Source: Botryllus schlosseri
Taxonomy: Eukaryota
Reading direction: 5' to 3'
Length of the DNA stretch: 64,000 bases
NCBI GenBank assembly: GCA_051294905.1
Contig: CM119372.1
Location: 19,532,001 to 19,596,000, forward strand
Position 1 is the stretch's first letter. Each line of letters begins with the position of its first letter. Below the pieces are notes generated by a model that saw only the letters and a list, made by a program, of their open reading frames with translations, searched no databases and was not told the origin of the DNA. The position numbers were made by a program, and so were the translations under genes. Shown piece after piece: positions 12,901-25,219 of the stretch.

Positions 12901-15900
12901 ATTTCACATTACCCATCACTGCTTATAAGAGGAGAAGAAACTAGTCGGTGAGATGAAATTTTTCTACGCATTTTATTCAGAACACGCTACAGTTCTCAAA
13001 ATGGGTTGAAAAGCAACGGAAAGAAGCGAATAAGTTCAGCAGAGCCGGCCTCACGTATACGCAAAAGCGAATGCTAAAGCTAATCTTGGAGTCTTCCGCA
13101 TTGAAAGAGGCTATTCTAAGAAAGTGAGGAGAAAACCTATTATACTCCTACAATAGATACAGTTGAAAATGCAAATGCGTAGTCCACTGGTGGGAAACAG
13201 TCCGCCGTGTAAGAGGATGCCGTCAAAATGAAATATAATATGTTGTAGCCAACTTGGTTTCAATGTCATCATATCAAAAGGAGCATTGCAAGCAGTGGAT
13301 CCCCGACTCGTAACTCCTGTGTTGTGCAGGGTGTATAGGTTCACTTAGGTTGGCTATGCGTTCTTAGAGGTATGGTCATTAACGTAAGTTAAGTACTCAA
13401 GTTAACTACGTCTACTTTTATTCTTAGGACTCAAGTAGGCGTTGCCTACCGTACTATACTTATTAGACGGGTTATACGTTTAGACCATTCCACCATCTAC
13501 CGAAAAGTAGAAAATAGTTTATTGTAGGTTTTGCGTGAACTTGCACACAACCTGTTGAGAAACTATTACAACTATATAGAAGTATGTAGGTTTTCAAATC
13601 TTTGATATATGATTATTATTGCATTTTTCCATGGTCTAATTTACCTCGTCGGTATTCGCAGGAAACTTGTTGGTTTGGAATCACAGATCAGTACAGTCTA
13701 CAGCAAAGCCACTGTATGCAAACTCGGAAAGTGCTACCATTTTGAGCCGGGATTGATCAAAATAATGCGGACATCACGCGATTACGAGTGAGTATCCATC
13801 ATGTCCTGCTTCCTGGGATAGCCAGTAAGGTTCATCAACAGCTTGACTTCACGAATTCAATCCCAGCGAGTTACTGTGGGCTTGGAAAGGTTGGAGAGAT
13901 GCGATCGGACCGAAGACCAGAAAGGACTGGACCGCGGCGGAAATTCTACGAAACAAAGGCGCACGAGAGAACGGTTAGTTCCTTCGAGATTGTGAAGTAA
14001 ATTGGAAGATTCGAAGAAATGTCAAACTATACTAGAAGATTGCCCCGAATAGATAAATCTTTTGTAGGGGAACGAGAATTTACAACAATGGATACACACC
14101 ACGATTCCAATCCCGTAATATTTTAAAAATTAGTCCGTGATGACATCTTATGAGCAAACATATGGAAAAGATACACTCTGCCAATTCATATACGCTTGTA
14201 TTGTTCTGTGGAATGTTGGATTAAAATCACATAGATAGGTTTAGGTATAGTACAGTGGTTCTCAACCATTTTGTCTTCGAAGAGCTTCTTGGAGGTACAG
14301 AACTTCAATATACAATTAAATAGTATATTCATATTGAAATGAACCCGAATATTTTCGGCTGACACTCGTCAGGGGTAATCTACTAGTTGCTGACGATTAC
14401 CCCTGACGAGTGTCAGCCGAAAATATTCGGGTTCATTTCAATATGAATATACTATTTAATTGTACATTTTGTCTTCGTAAAATAAGTTTTGGGTCGAGTT
14501 TAGCTCAGTCATCGTGCAACCGTCATCGTGCATTGAGCAAATAGTATCAGAGGCTAGTGATAAACAGCAACAATTTGACTTTTCCTGGAAATAGTATCAT
14601 ACTATGTGAAAATTGTGGAGACTTTCATTATTTAGAGCAAATTTTGCAGCTATGTCTCTTAAAATGCGTGTTCGTGTCTTGAAAATCCGCGCGTTCCATT
14701 TTATATAAACGAGAGGCCATAAAGATAGGTGGAGCAAATAGAATAATAGCGTGCAACGCTAACGACGACACCTTTATATATGATCGCAACATCTTCGGCC
14801 CTAGAACAGTTCTGGCAGAACTAAGAAACAGATTTTGTATCGAGCACATCCCGTCCAGCCTAATCATTACTATCCGCAGCGGAAGACTTCTAGGATAGTA
14901 TATCACTGGAGAAAAGAGATTCCGTGCTGTGGTTTCAATCCCTTTGGAACAGATTAAACAAAATTGTATATTTGTGTATTGTTGAATGTATATTTCAACC
15001 GACTGTTCACTTATGTTCTGAGACTGACCACTTCAAATCGGAAATATTTTGCAAACATTGCGAAGTTACCGAGATTATGAGTTTGCATAGTATGGGTTAT
15101 TTATTCTCAGACGGCTGTTCTGTTAATGTGAGTCATGAAGGTTTAGCAGCTAAGCCTAAGAATCGAAACTGCCTTAGACTGCCCTTTCCCTAACTTAGAA
15201 AATTAAAAATTAGGTTATCAATCGTGTTGTAAATTTAGAGGCTTTGCGGACCCCCTGAAAATGCTTCGCGGCTCCCGGGGGTCTGCGGACCCCCGGTTGA
15301 CAACCACTGGTATAGTATGAACTCGAGATACTTCGATAAAACGAATGTCATTCTAAATAACACAATGAAATAAATAGAAGTATAGAAGTAACGCCGTAAA
15401 TGTCTACACAATTACAAGTCTAGCGATGCTCAAGACGTCAAAACGTCTTCCAGTGTAAGTAGAAAATGTGGGGTCTGAAATCTTCTCAAGTAAGAAGTTT
15501 CAATATGTTGATTGTCGAGGGGTCGCGCACGCGTAGTAGTTAATCGGAGTTGGCTATACTTACGGAATTGCGAGATGCATCTATGCGACTAACGCAAATG
15601 ACTAACGAGTACAATCATGTAAAATATATTCAGTTAACTGAATAAACGGGATGTTTCCTACGGTTCTTATGATATATTTCACTCATAAATGTGACGCAAA
15701 CTCATCGCAATACTACTTCTACTTTTCAAAATCCAACGTTTAATAAGTATGGAATTCTGCTTGAAGTACTTCCAGGCGAAGTGGAAGTGGTCTAAATCTA
15801 AAGCATCACTTGAATATAAGTAGTGCAAGTAGGCAAAACATACTTGAGTACTGCGACTAAATAGAACTATTCGTTAAGAACCAGTGACACCCAGTGACAC

Positions 15901-18900
15901 CCCGGAATATGCATAATCGTAATCATATGGTAAACTTAATATCCAGCCAATTTATCCGCAAAACACATTCACTCTGAAAGCAATGTCTCGCCGATATCGA
16001 TTTATCTTCCAGAACGACCAAGTGCACGGGCCATTTGATGCGGAATGACAACGCAAAAGCAGATTGACGGTTTATGGCCCTTATATATCAATGATTCAAT
16101 AATTTACTAACGTTTTTAGGTTACGCCGACATCGGAGATTACCTGAGATCCACATACGAGACCCCGGATTTCGAAAAAGATATTGATGAGTTGTGGGACT
16201 CTTTAGAGCCGTATTATAAGGAGCTGCACGCCTATATTAGACGGAAACTCCATCATGTGTACGGGAACAGGGTTTCATTGACAGGGCCGATGCCTGCTCA
16301 CATACTAAGTAATCCTAATCTTCGAATATTAGCAATTCATGTTGTGTGCGATATGGGAATCAATTTCCCCATTTAAGGTGATATGTGGGCGATGAAATGG
16401 GACGGTATCAGAAAGATAGCAGAGCCCTATCCAGATGTCCCAGGATTTGCTGTGACGGAGGGAATGCGCAAAAAGAACATGACGGTCAATCAGATGTTCA
16501 AACTGGCCGATGAATTTTACCGTTCCCTCGGTAAGCAGTTTTTTACACACGGTTTCCATTTTCTTTATGGTTTAAAATCGATAATTTTACTAAAAAGCCT
16601 ATAGAAGTGGGTCGTGCTGCAAGTCGGCAGATGCTGGATTATAATTAAGTCGGTGTGGTGTAAATGACCATTGTAGTCGTAAAACATCATGAATACTACA
16701 AAACGACAACTTCCGTGTAGTTGAGAGTTAGAGATAGACGCTATTTGTCGGTTCATATTGCTGTAATTTTGTCGTGATATCCATCGGCCGCAAAATATCG
16801 ACTGCGCGTGGAAACGTATAGTGGGCTAATCAATGAACGTATAGTGGCCGAATATCGTATTTTAAATGAACATCTAATGAACATAGTTTAGGAAAATACT
16901 ACTCACGCCTTACAATTTGTAAAGTACAAAGTAGTTTTTGGGTATATGTTTGCTTCAACTCTCTGTGTGAAATTGCCGGGAATATTGAACTTTACTGCAC
17001 AACTGGGCGAAATAGCCTCTGTATCACGATATCTGAATTTCTTATTGAATACTTCACCCATTTCTAAAACACATTTGGCGTTTGACCTCAGTTGCTCAGA
17101 TGCACTTTGGAATTTCAGAAGTAGAAACCTCTCATTACTTGTTAAAAGTGCTCGACCTCATAACAAAAAACATTTTTGAACTACTTACTTGAGTTGTTTA
17201 TAGACCATTCTTTTTCTACTTTCACTTCAAGTAGCTTTAACTTGTCTTGGGAATTGCTACTTCCACTTTTTATTTGAGCAGATATTTATACCTTCGCGAC
17301 CACTAGAGAACAGGGAAACTGTAGGATTTATCCAACTACCTAACCAACCTGATATGGAGATGACTAATTGTAACTATAAGTACTTTGTTACCGAAATATA
17401 TGCTCTTCGGTAGTGCCCATCTCCACGTCTTCACACCAAATCAGTCCCATGCTCTACTAATGGAATTTTAACCTATTTCAGGCCTACCCAAGATGACGCC
17501 AGAATTTTGGCAAAATAGCATGTTCACGAGACCGAAGGACAATAGGTCGGTTGTTTGCTACGCGTCGGCACACAACTTGGAAGGCGATGATGTCAGGTAT
17601 CGCGATTACCAGACAGCAACCCAATTCCGCTTCAATCAATTTCAAATAACCGTTTCAGGGTTAAGATGTGTGCGGCGGTTACCGGCGAATACCTTTATGT
17701 AGTTCACCATGAGATGGGACACTGTCAATACTACCTTGCGTACAACAGGCATCAACCGGAAATATTCCAGGCAAGTCACCAGTCGACTTGGGTGCATATG
17801 TGTAGCTAGATATCTGTTGGTTGCAAAGTGACATAACGTGACGATCTGCAGCCAGTCTAACACGGCACACATATAGCCCAGATCTCGTTAATTCTTCTCA
17901 AGATTGATAGACCGCACCTGGTCGTTTCGAGATCTTTTCGTGATATCGCATTCAGTGGCGTAGTTAGAAAAATAGAAAGAGAGAACATGTTTTATGAGTT
18001 CAAGAGAACTCCCCCCTTGAGCCCCCAATAGGGTGAGCATCGAGAAACCCAACATATTGGGGCTTGGGGCATCGTCCTTCATACTCTCATAATTCTACGG
18101 GGAATTCCATCACCGATCTTTATATTTCCGTAGCGAAAAAAGTGTGGCATTACGCGATTCACGAACGATTTGGATTTGCTAACAGAGGACGCAAGACTTT
18201 TCTGTTTGTATGCCTATATCAGCTTACTACGCACCAAAGTTGGCGTGCATTAATTTCGTAGACACGCGAAGAATTTTGCAGATTTTCGTACTGAAATGTA
18301 ATTGATTGTATTGATGCGAAAATATCAGTCTTTGAATTTTTTGTTATAGAATTCTGAGTATAATTGTAATCGCAGACTGAAATCCAAAATGTCCGTACAG
18401 GGACATAAAGGGATACAAGGATATATATCCCTGGGTCCTTACCACAACGTAAAACCCGCCAAGAAATTATTCCAACTCTGGTCGTATGTAAAGCAGTGTT
18501 GGGATCAAGTCACTACCTTCGAGTCACGAGTCATTTCGAGTCATTGCACATTTTGACTCGAGTCAAGTCAAGTCAATCGATTTTCGAAGGTGACTCGAGT
18601 CAAGTCAAGTCACTCGTTTTTTGCAGGTGACTCGAGTCAAGTCGAGTCAAGTCAAGTCACGAGTCAGGTCACAATTCAAGTCAATTAAATTGGTTTTTCG
18701 AAGAATGAGTGATGATTCAAAGTCATTACATTTTGCTAGATTTGTGAAAGGCGGATGTATTGGTCATATATCTTGCATTAATAACGAGTATAAAGTCTAA
18801 TATACATGCCAAAGGGCGTTGTATCGCTCACGCAGACGTAGAGCAGCAAATAAAATACTTGAGGCAAAATAGAGGATCGAATACGAAGCGTCGAGAAGTT

Positions 18901-21900
18901 GAAACATTATTGATATGGTAATACACTACCCATCTACACAGTGGCGTATCCAGGGGGGGTTTTAGGGGGTCGGAACCCCCCCCCTTTTCAAAATCCTAAA
19001 AATTGATGTAAAATATAGCCTCTAGTATTTGCTAATTTATTAGTTTAACATATTCGTTTTTACGTATGAGAAGGCGAATATGGCGTGTTAATGTTATTTA
19101 AGGGGACTAAAACCCCTAGCAAATCTTGGAATCATGCGCCGAATTAGTCGAAAGGATAAAATAGGTCGTTATATTTCGCTAATTCCATACGAATTCTGCG
19201 CTTGTTAAGCTACATTTCAGCAGTAGTTGCTGACGTTCTCAACTTTCTTCCCTCGATTTCTCTCTCGCCTTGCTAAAACGAGAGACGCATTTTAGGAAAA
19301 TCTAATCTAATTGGCCGACGCGATACGTAATTGCAAAGACGAAGTTGACGGCAATCAACATCGCCCGCGAATTCGCTGCGCCTGCTCGCCTCGAAATCCT
19401 AATTAAGAATTGCACGGCGTGTTGATTGATCAGCGAGACGCAGACACGGCGGCACCGGTACGACAATGCTATTCTCAAATCCACATTTTCTTCGCGATTA
19501 TTGGCGAGAAATAGTCTACGATTGACATTCACATTTCAAAATACAAGCCTAGCAATCCACGTTCCCGATTATTAGGTGGCTTGCTGGCGTCCAAATACAG
19601 GCCTGTGATGTCGCTGAACGGGAGAATTGAGTAGGCCTAGTAGTAAAGTCAACCTAATTATATCGGCTGACTAGTTTCTCTGTCGATCAATTTATTATTA
19701 TCCCAGTGTGTACTCTGTATTAATTATATATATATATCGTCTTTCAATTAAATAAACGGGAAACAAACGAACATCAAGATAATGAGTTTTCGGCCCTTAT
19801 TAACTGACTGACTTGCGTATTTGCAATTAAAGTCGAATTACCTTCGCGCGTACTACACGCTCAGCCGTCAGGCTAGTAAAGCCATCGAAAAGCACACATT
19901 CGTGTACGACGTACACTGTTCACACCTCTCCCGACCTCTCTGTGGCGATTGCGATCGCCCTCGTTTATGCTACCGCCTTATTCCGCGCTTGTTCGTCCGC
20001 TGCGATACTACCGACCGTGCGCATAATATCGTCAAAACCCAACAAAATCGCGCATCTCTGGCCGGAACTAGGCGCTTGGAGACGGGCGGCGTTTGCTGGC
20101 TCATGACTAAATGTGAGCAATTACGAATTTCTTTCAATCATACCGTAAAAGAAACGCGATTTTCAGGCATGTCTGTATCGTATTCGTACGTCTCCCACTC
20201 ACCGCAAATCTCTTTTTATTATTAAACTATACAATATCGTAAATATTCGCCATGGCGTGGAGACGAGTAATTGTAATGATGACGTCATAATAGCCTATTT
20301 CGTAACGCACCTTACGAATACAAAACAAAATCAACCAACAGAAAGATATACTTGGACCGATCACCACTGCAGCACTGACGCAAATAAGACGAAATTTTCT
20401 AGAATTAACCTAAAACGATTATGCTCCGTAATTTTCATCCAAGTTTAATTTACAGTCAATATTATGATCAAATGCTTCTGTAACACTATGTTTCATGATG
20501 ATTTTAGTTCGCAAAAAGTTTATGAAACGTCTCTTTATTTTCAATTAGCCTATACGAAAGATGCCTTTCCAAAGATTGAAACAACATTGACGAGAATATA
20601 ATAGGCATGCTTGCATTTAATGAAGACATTCTTTCAAGATTGTGCTGGATGCAATGTCTTGTTACGTTCAATAGTATGATGAACTATATGTGTTTGCCTT
20701 ATGTAGTTTTCATGATGATGTTAAATCTTACATTGTGTAAGAAACGCCTCTTCTTGATTTCAAATAAACGAAAGATGCCTATTTCGTAACGCAAAACCCC
20801 CCCCTTTTTCGCGCTCTGGATACGCGCCTGCATCTACACATCCGTGAGAATATAAACGCATAAACTACATTCGTTCCATTCAATTCATACAAGGAGGTCG
20901 GCTAAGGTGGGCACTGCGCGATGTAACCCGTCCAAGAAACAGAGATACGTTTGCTATTAGATTATACTTCTGATTTCACATAAACGTAAGCTGTCATCAG
21001 TTCGTTTTCGATCAATTTATTTGTGATGTAACAAGGGGTGCCACTGAAAGGTACAATCAGTGAATGACTGGTTGCTCTCACAAGTGACACATGCGTATCG
21101 CGAATAATCCGAACATAAAAAAGAGACAGATATTTAATTGACACCGTTTACTTGATGACTTGAAATTGACTCGTAAATTTTGCTCCGAGTCACGAGTCAA
21201 TCCACATTTCTGAAGCGCCGAGTCAAGTCAAGTCAAGTCATTTTTTCAAAGTGACTCGAGTCAAGTCAAGTCATACGAAAAAGTTGACTCGAGTCTGACT
21301 CGAGTCAAGTCATGACTCGAGTCATCCCAACACTGATGTAAAGGCACTCTTTGCCTAGCTGTGTCCTGCCTATTCACCTGTAATTATCTCCAATGATCAC
21401 AATTGCTCGTATAATTCAGTCGGGCGCCAACCATGGTTTTCACGAAGCGATCGGTGACACGGCTGCACTGTCCGTTATATCACCGACTCATCTGCAGAAG
21501 CTGGGCATTCTTACTCGTTCCGACGGCGATGCTGCTTTACAAGACAGTACGCTTTCTATTTACTCGTCCGATTTAGCGCTACCAATCCAAATCCGATAAC
21601 CGAAATCAATCTATTGCGATTCAGGGCAAGATATGAATTTTTTGATGCAAAAAGCCCTTGCGAAGCTGGTCTTTTTCCCGTATGCGATCACGATGGCGAA
21701 GTGGTCATGGGATGTCGCGCGCGGAGTTATACCTTACGACCAGATGAATGCCGGCTGGTGGCGCTACAGGTATATCCGTATATAGGGAGGCTTGCGTTGA
21801 GTATGGATTTTACTGGAATGACCATCACCATTTATACTATCATTTTCATCAGTTAAAAACACCACAAGATTGCGACGCAGTGAAAAAATAATAGGACTTA

Positions 21901-24488
21901 CATTATTCCTTCAATCAAACACACACCTCTGTCGATAAAATATTGATGAAATGGCATGTAGATAAGATGTATGTAGGTAGGGTATTCATAAATGACCGGT
22001 ACTCAAGAAATCATTCAGTTTGGAACCATTAGTTTTTTAATATTGTCATCATTTCAAAACATCACAAAACTGCGATACAATGAAAAGATAGGAGGGTGTC
22101 GAAACAACTTGGAGTAGTCTTTTGACTTGAATGCGGACATGCTCGACGACTGTCGGATAGCCGGCAAGATGCTATTCCACAATTGTGGTCCGGCATACTT
22201 GATAGAGCAATGCGTTTTCTTGTATTCCGAACTGATCATATGGTAGTTGTTCTTCGTTGACGCGCGTGTTCTGTACTTGTGCGCTTTTGACTCCGAGGTG
22301 AAGTTGTCAATCAGTAGGCCTATCAGTTGTCCGTGTCTAGTGCCCTAAAACGCAATTCTAACAATCCGTATTGACTATTGAATCCATCTGCATGGTAATC
22401 CATACGAAATCGCTGAAAATTCGGGGTATGGTGTTCTTTTGTACATGTACTGTAGGTTTTTGTGTTTGTTTATTAAACAAAAAGATTCAGTGCTTCTCAG
22501 CTGTCGGTCTGTTGCATCATGGTAAAATATTGCGAACAAAGAAATGCATCACGGTCAATAATTATAATGGTATACAAAAAGAGATTCCAGAAAATAAGAT
22601 TTCGTCACGTTAAGACAATACAATCAAGAGTCAAAACCATAAATGGCGATTAGAGGAAGGGTCCTAAGACAATGTACTGCATAGGGTTACCATACGTCCT
22701 GTTTGAAGAGGATGTATCCTTTTTTTGTCAATAAATTGAAAGTGTCCTCAGAGGTCGTCCAAATGTCCTCTTTTTTGGGAATTTGACCTCTTTTTCTAGA
22801 AAAAGTATTAAAATTCGATCAAAAACTCGACCCCGAGTTTTAGTCAACACAGTACTATCGGTTGAAAAGTTTTCAAAATCACCGGTTTTATTTTCCGGTG
22901 CTAGAGCTTTATGTATTTTAGAAAAGAGTCCTCTTTTTCGTATCTCAAAATATGGTAGCCGTAGTACTGTAGGTACAGTGTATTAGTGCGTACTTACAAC
23001 AATATTAATTTACAAATATCTCACGCATTTCAGAAAGAAATACCAAGGCTTGATACCTCCGGTGATGCGTACCGAAAAGGATTTCGACCCAGCATCAAAA
23101 TATCATATCGCAAATTTTGTGCCGTACGTCAGGTACGACTCGAATCTGCCCATTCTTCAGTTTATAAAGAATGTTGAATTTTACTATACTGTTCAGATAT
23201 TTTGTCAGCCACATACTGCAATTTCAATTTCTGGAAGCTTTGTGTGATCTGGCTAAACAGACTGGACCTCTCCACCGATGTGACTTTTCCGGATCTAAAA
23301 CAGCCGGGGAAAAGTTCGGGTATGAATAAGCGCGTGATCACAATATGACTGCATACGTTCTTTATCGTGAAGTTTGTATCATCATGCGTTCAAATGAGCA
23401 ATGAATCGAAGTCCCTGCTCTCGTTATAACGCTGTGCTGACCTGTCATACTCATAATTGTCAGGTCGTCTCAATTCCCGGCGCTTACGAGACCAGATTAT
23501 GATAATGTGAGCACTGAACACTGAGAACATCCAAGATCATTATTAACCCACGTCGAAAAGTGTAGCTATAGCAGTAGGCCTATATTATAGTGGCTATAGC
23601 AGTAGGCCTATATTATAGTATACTACTATTTATTTCTCCTATTTCTAATTTCTTTCGGAATTGATGATCGCCATTAATCGCTAGCCAAAATTTCAGTTGA
23701 TATGTAATATTATTGTATTATTGGAGATAGCGTAGTGGTGAGCGTCGGCGCCATTCAAGAAGGCAGCCCGAGCTCGATCCTCGCCGTCGAAGGTTATTCT
23801 GGGCTCCTCGTCCCCCGTGTCGTTGTTCTAACGGCGACAAAAAAGCTCAGTAAATAGACCCGATAAAGTAAGAAAAAGAGCAAGAAATAGCTTATATAAC
23901 GGGACCGACGAAGAAAAAATAACATCAAAGAGGACTATGACATCGGGCAGTAGGTCGAGGTATAGATGCCAGTTCCAAAGACCTCAACTGGTTGGTCGTT
24001 CGGCATCCCCCTATCTGCTCGGCTTACAGGACATTGTGTATCTTGCATAATCGCGTTGTACATTTTGAAAATATAATCTGTCGATCGATTGACTATAGAT
24101 TACTAACCTGCCTGTTAATCATCTATAATTGGACGATATATTGAAAGTTCTGTCTACCATTGCATTGTCTAATTTCTGCATCGCCACTACCTATTGTCGG
24201 CCGATCTCTCATAGCTACAGCAAACACGCAGCGCAGATTACATTCGCGATGCACAATTTCCCATATACTGGTAACATCGCCCCATTGCCGCAAAAAAGAC
24301 TTTACAATACACCTTCCATGTACAGGAAAATGCTTCAAATGGGACAGAGCCAGCCTTGGCCCGTCGCGCTCCATGAACTGACCGGCACGCGGAAGATGAA
24401 CGCTAGTGCCGTTATTCGCTACTTTCGACCGTTGCTGAACTGGTTGAAACAAGAGAATCAACGAATGGGAAATCACGTCGGATGGTAG
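9966..24488 (+). CDS. ACE: Angiotensin-converting enzyme-like peptidyl-dipeptidase (peptidase M2), single domain, secreted, about 691 aa; exons 9966-10182, 10778-10846, 11298-11354, 12761-12891, 12981-13123, 13662-13787, 13867-13973, 16120-16308, 16378-16530, 17482-17596, 17659-17770, 21420-21546, 21625-21769, 23034-23132, 23197-23319, 24326-24488
   Basis: There is a signal-peptide-like N-terminus ([15 protein letters not shown]). M2 motifs are [34 protein letters not shown] (HEMGH at 17708-17722), [17 protein letters not shown] and PYVRYF, and the protein ends at VGW* with no TM helix. Phases are consistent over 2076 nt. Exons 2-3 rest on splice signals and phase only. Confidence 0.92.
14280..14464. 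mobile_element. Penelope-like retroelement 3'-end remnant with inverted repeat, nested in the hAT
   Basis: It has perfect 70-bp inverted arms (14311-14380 / 14395-14464) and is flanked by the 13-bp direct repeat CATTTTGTCTTCG (14267-14279, 14465-14477). It contains a hammerhead core. The same terminal 31-mer occurs at 37651. Confidence 0.65.
14399..14432 (+). ncRNA. Minimal type I hammerhead ribozyme motif (mirror copy on the - strand at 14343-14376)
   Basis: ACCC-CTGACGA-G(TGTCAGC)C-GAAA-ATATT-C-GGGT gives the CUGANGA and GAAA cores, a 4-bp stem I, a 1-bp stem II, a palindromic AAUAUU stem III and a UUC cleavage triplet ending at 14428. Confidence 0.6.
18494..21335 (+). mobile_element. Non-autonomous hAT-type element, family A, with subterminal GACTCGAGTC/AAGTC arrays (copy 1)
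   Basis: TIRs are CAGTGTTGGGAT...ATCCCAACACTG with a perfect TSD ATGTAAAG. It is homologous to 59915-61886. Confidence 0.92.
18939..20830 (+). mobile_element. hAT-type element nested inside family A copy 1
   Basis: Termini are CAGTGGCGTATCCAG...CTGGATACGCGCCTG with a perfect TSD CATCTACA. Confidence 0.88.
21900..22340 (-). mobile_element. 5'-truncated LINE (CR1/L2/Crack-like) 3' end
   Basis: The minus-strand peptide HKYRTRAS...[29 protein letters not shown] matches the typical C-terminal tail of CR1/L2-group ORF2. Boundaries are approximate. Confidence 0.7.
22682..22963 (+). mobile_element. Short MITE with TAGGGTTACC termini, related to 58671-58963
   Basis: Termini are TAGGGTTACCATACGTCC...TATGGTAGCCGTA. 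The TSD is GTACTGCA/GTACTGTA (1 mismatch). Confidence 0.75.
23723..24060 (+). mobile_element. tRNA-derived SINE-like sequence in the last ACE intron
   Basis: An A-box-like TAGCGTAGTGG and a B-box-like GCTCGATCC lie at tRNA spacing, with no acceptor stem, followed by a non-tRNA body. The 3' end is uncertain. Confidence 0.55.
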
Positions 24489-25219
24489 ATCGCTTGCTGT
24501 CACTGCTCAACGGGAATGAAACGCATATTCAGGAGACAATAGCTTTATAAGTACTGAAAGCCCCGACCAATCATTGGTGGTCTTCGTAGGTTTACACGGT
24601 TGTCTGTAGTGTACAGTGCACCGATTAAACACAGGGGATATTTTAGCAGTGTGATATTGGTTGCATTTGCGTGTGTCACATGCCAGAGATCTGCTCGGTA
24701 ATTGCAATGCATTACGGAAACCAATGCTGTGTTGCCTGATAGTATGCGGGTCGTTACTGTATCGCTTGTTGTTAGGATATCTTGAGATCAAACGACTGGG
24801 ATGAAAGTCGGAAGCGCGCACGCTCCCAGCGGTACTTGGTAGGCTACCAAAGGAATTTATATTGTCATCAGGAGTGATGATCAGATTACCGAGACGCCCG
24901 AGAGAATCGAGGCTATGCGTGAGACAATTACGCAATGCGCATGGCTTGTGGCTTTCGTGTAACTCCAGTTAAAGGCAAAATGATGAGTGGTATTCTTTTA
25001 ATCAGGGCCGTAACTGCCGAACCCCAAACCCCCCAATTGGGGGGGGGGCGAGCTCGAAGGAGGCCCAAAATTATTTCGTCAATTAGCATAAATTATAGAG
25101 TATTTTTTGAAATTTTAGGCAACTTTATCCAAAATTATCCGCGATTTCAAGTTGCCAAGTATCTTGAATATTGGGTACTCTTCCCACAAAAAAAAATACG
25201 CAAGATTTATAGAAATGGG

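Larger units (their letters stand above)
14253..15309 (+). mobile_element. Non-autonomous hAT (Charlie-like termini) in an ACE intron
   Basis: Termini are CAGTGGTTCTCAACC...GGTTGACAACCACTG with a perfect TSD GTATAGTA. Confidence 0.88.

Noticed and set aside
18494..18690. GACTCGAGTC arrays (also 21150-21335, 25240-25810, 59915-60100, 61690-61886) as a CRISPR array
   Set aside because: There is no constant repeat with unique, equal-length spacers and no cas genes. The arrays lie inside TIR/TSD-bounded elements in a eukaryotic genome.
23565..23619. 28-bp tandem duplication GCTATAGCAGTAGGCCTATATTATAGT
   Set aside because: It is real but is an ordinary local duplication in an intron, with no sign of function.
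23723..23795. Functional tRNA gene
   Set aside because: It has A/B-box-like motifs but no pairing acceptor stem or clean anticodon arm, and it continues into a SINE-like body.
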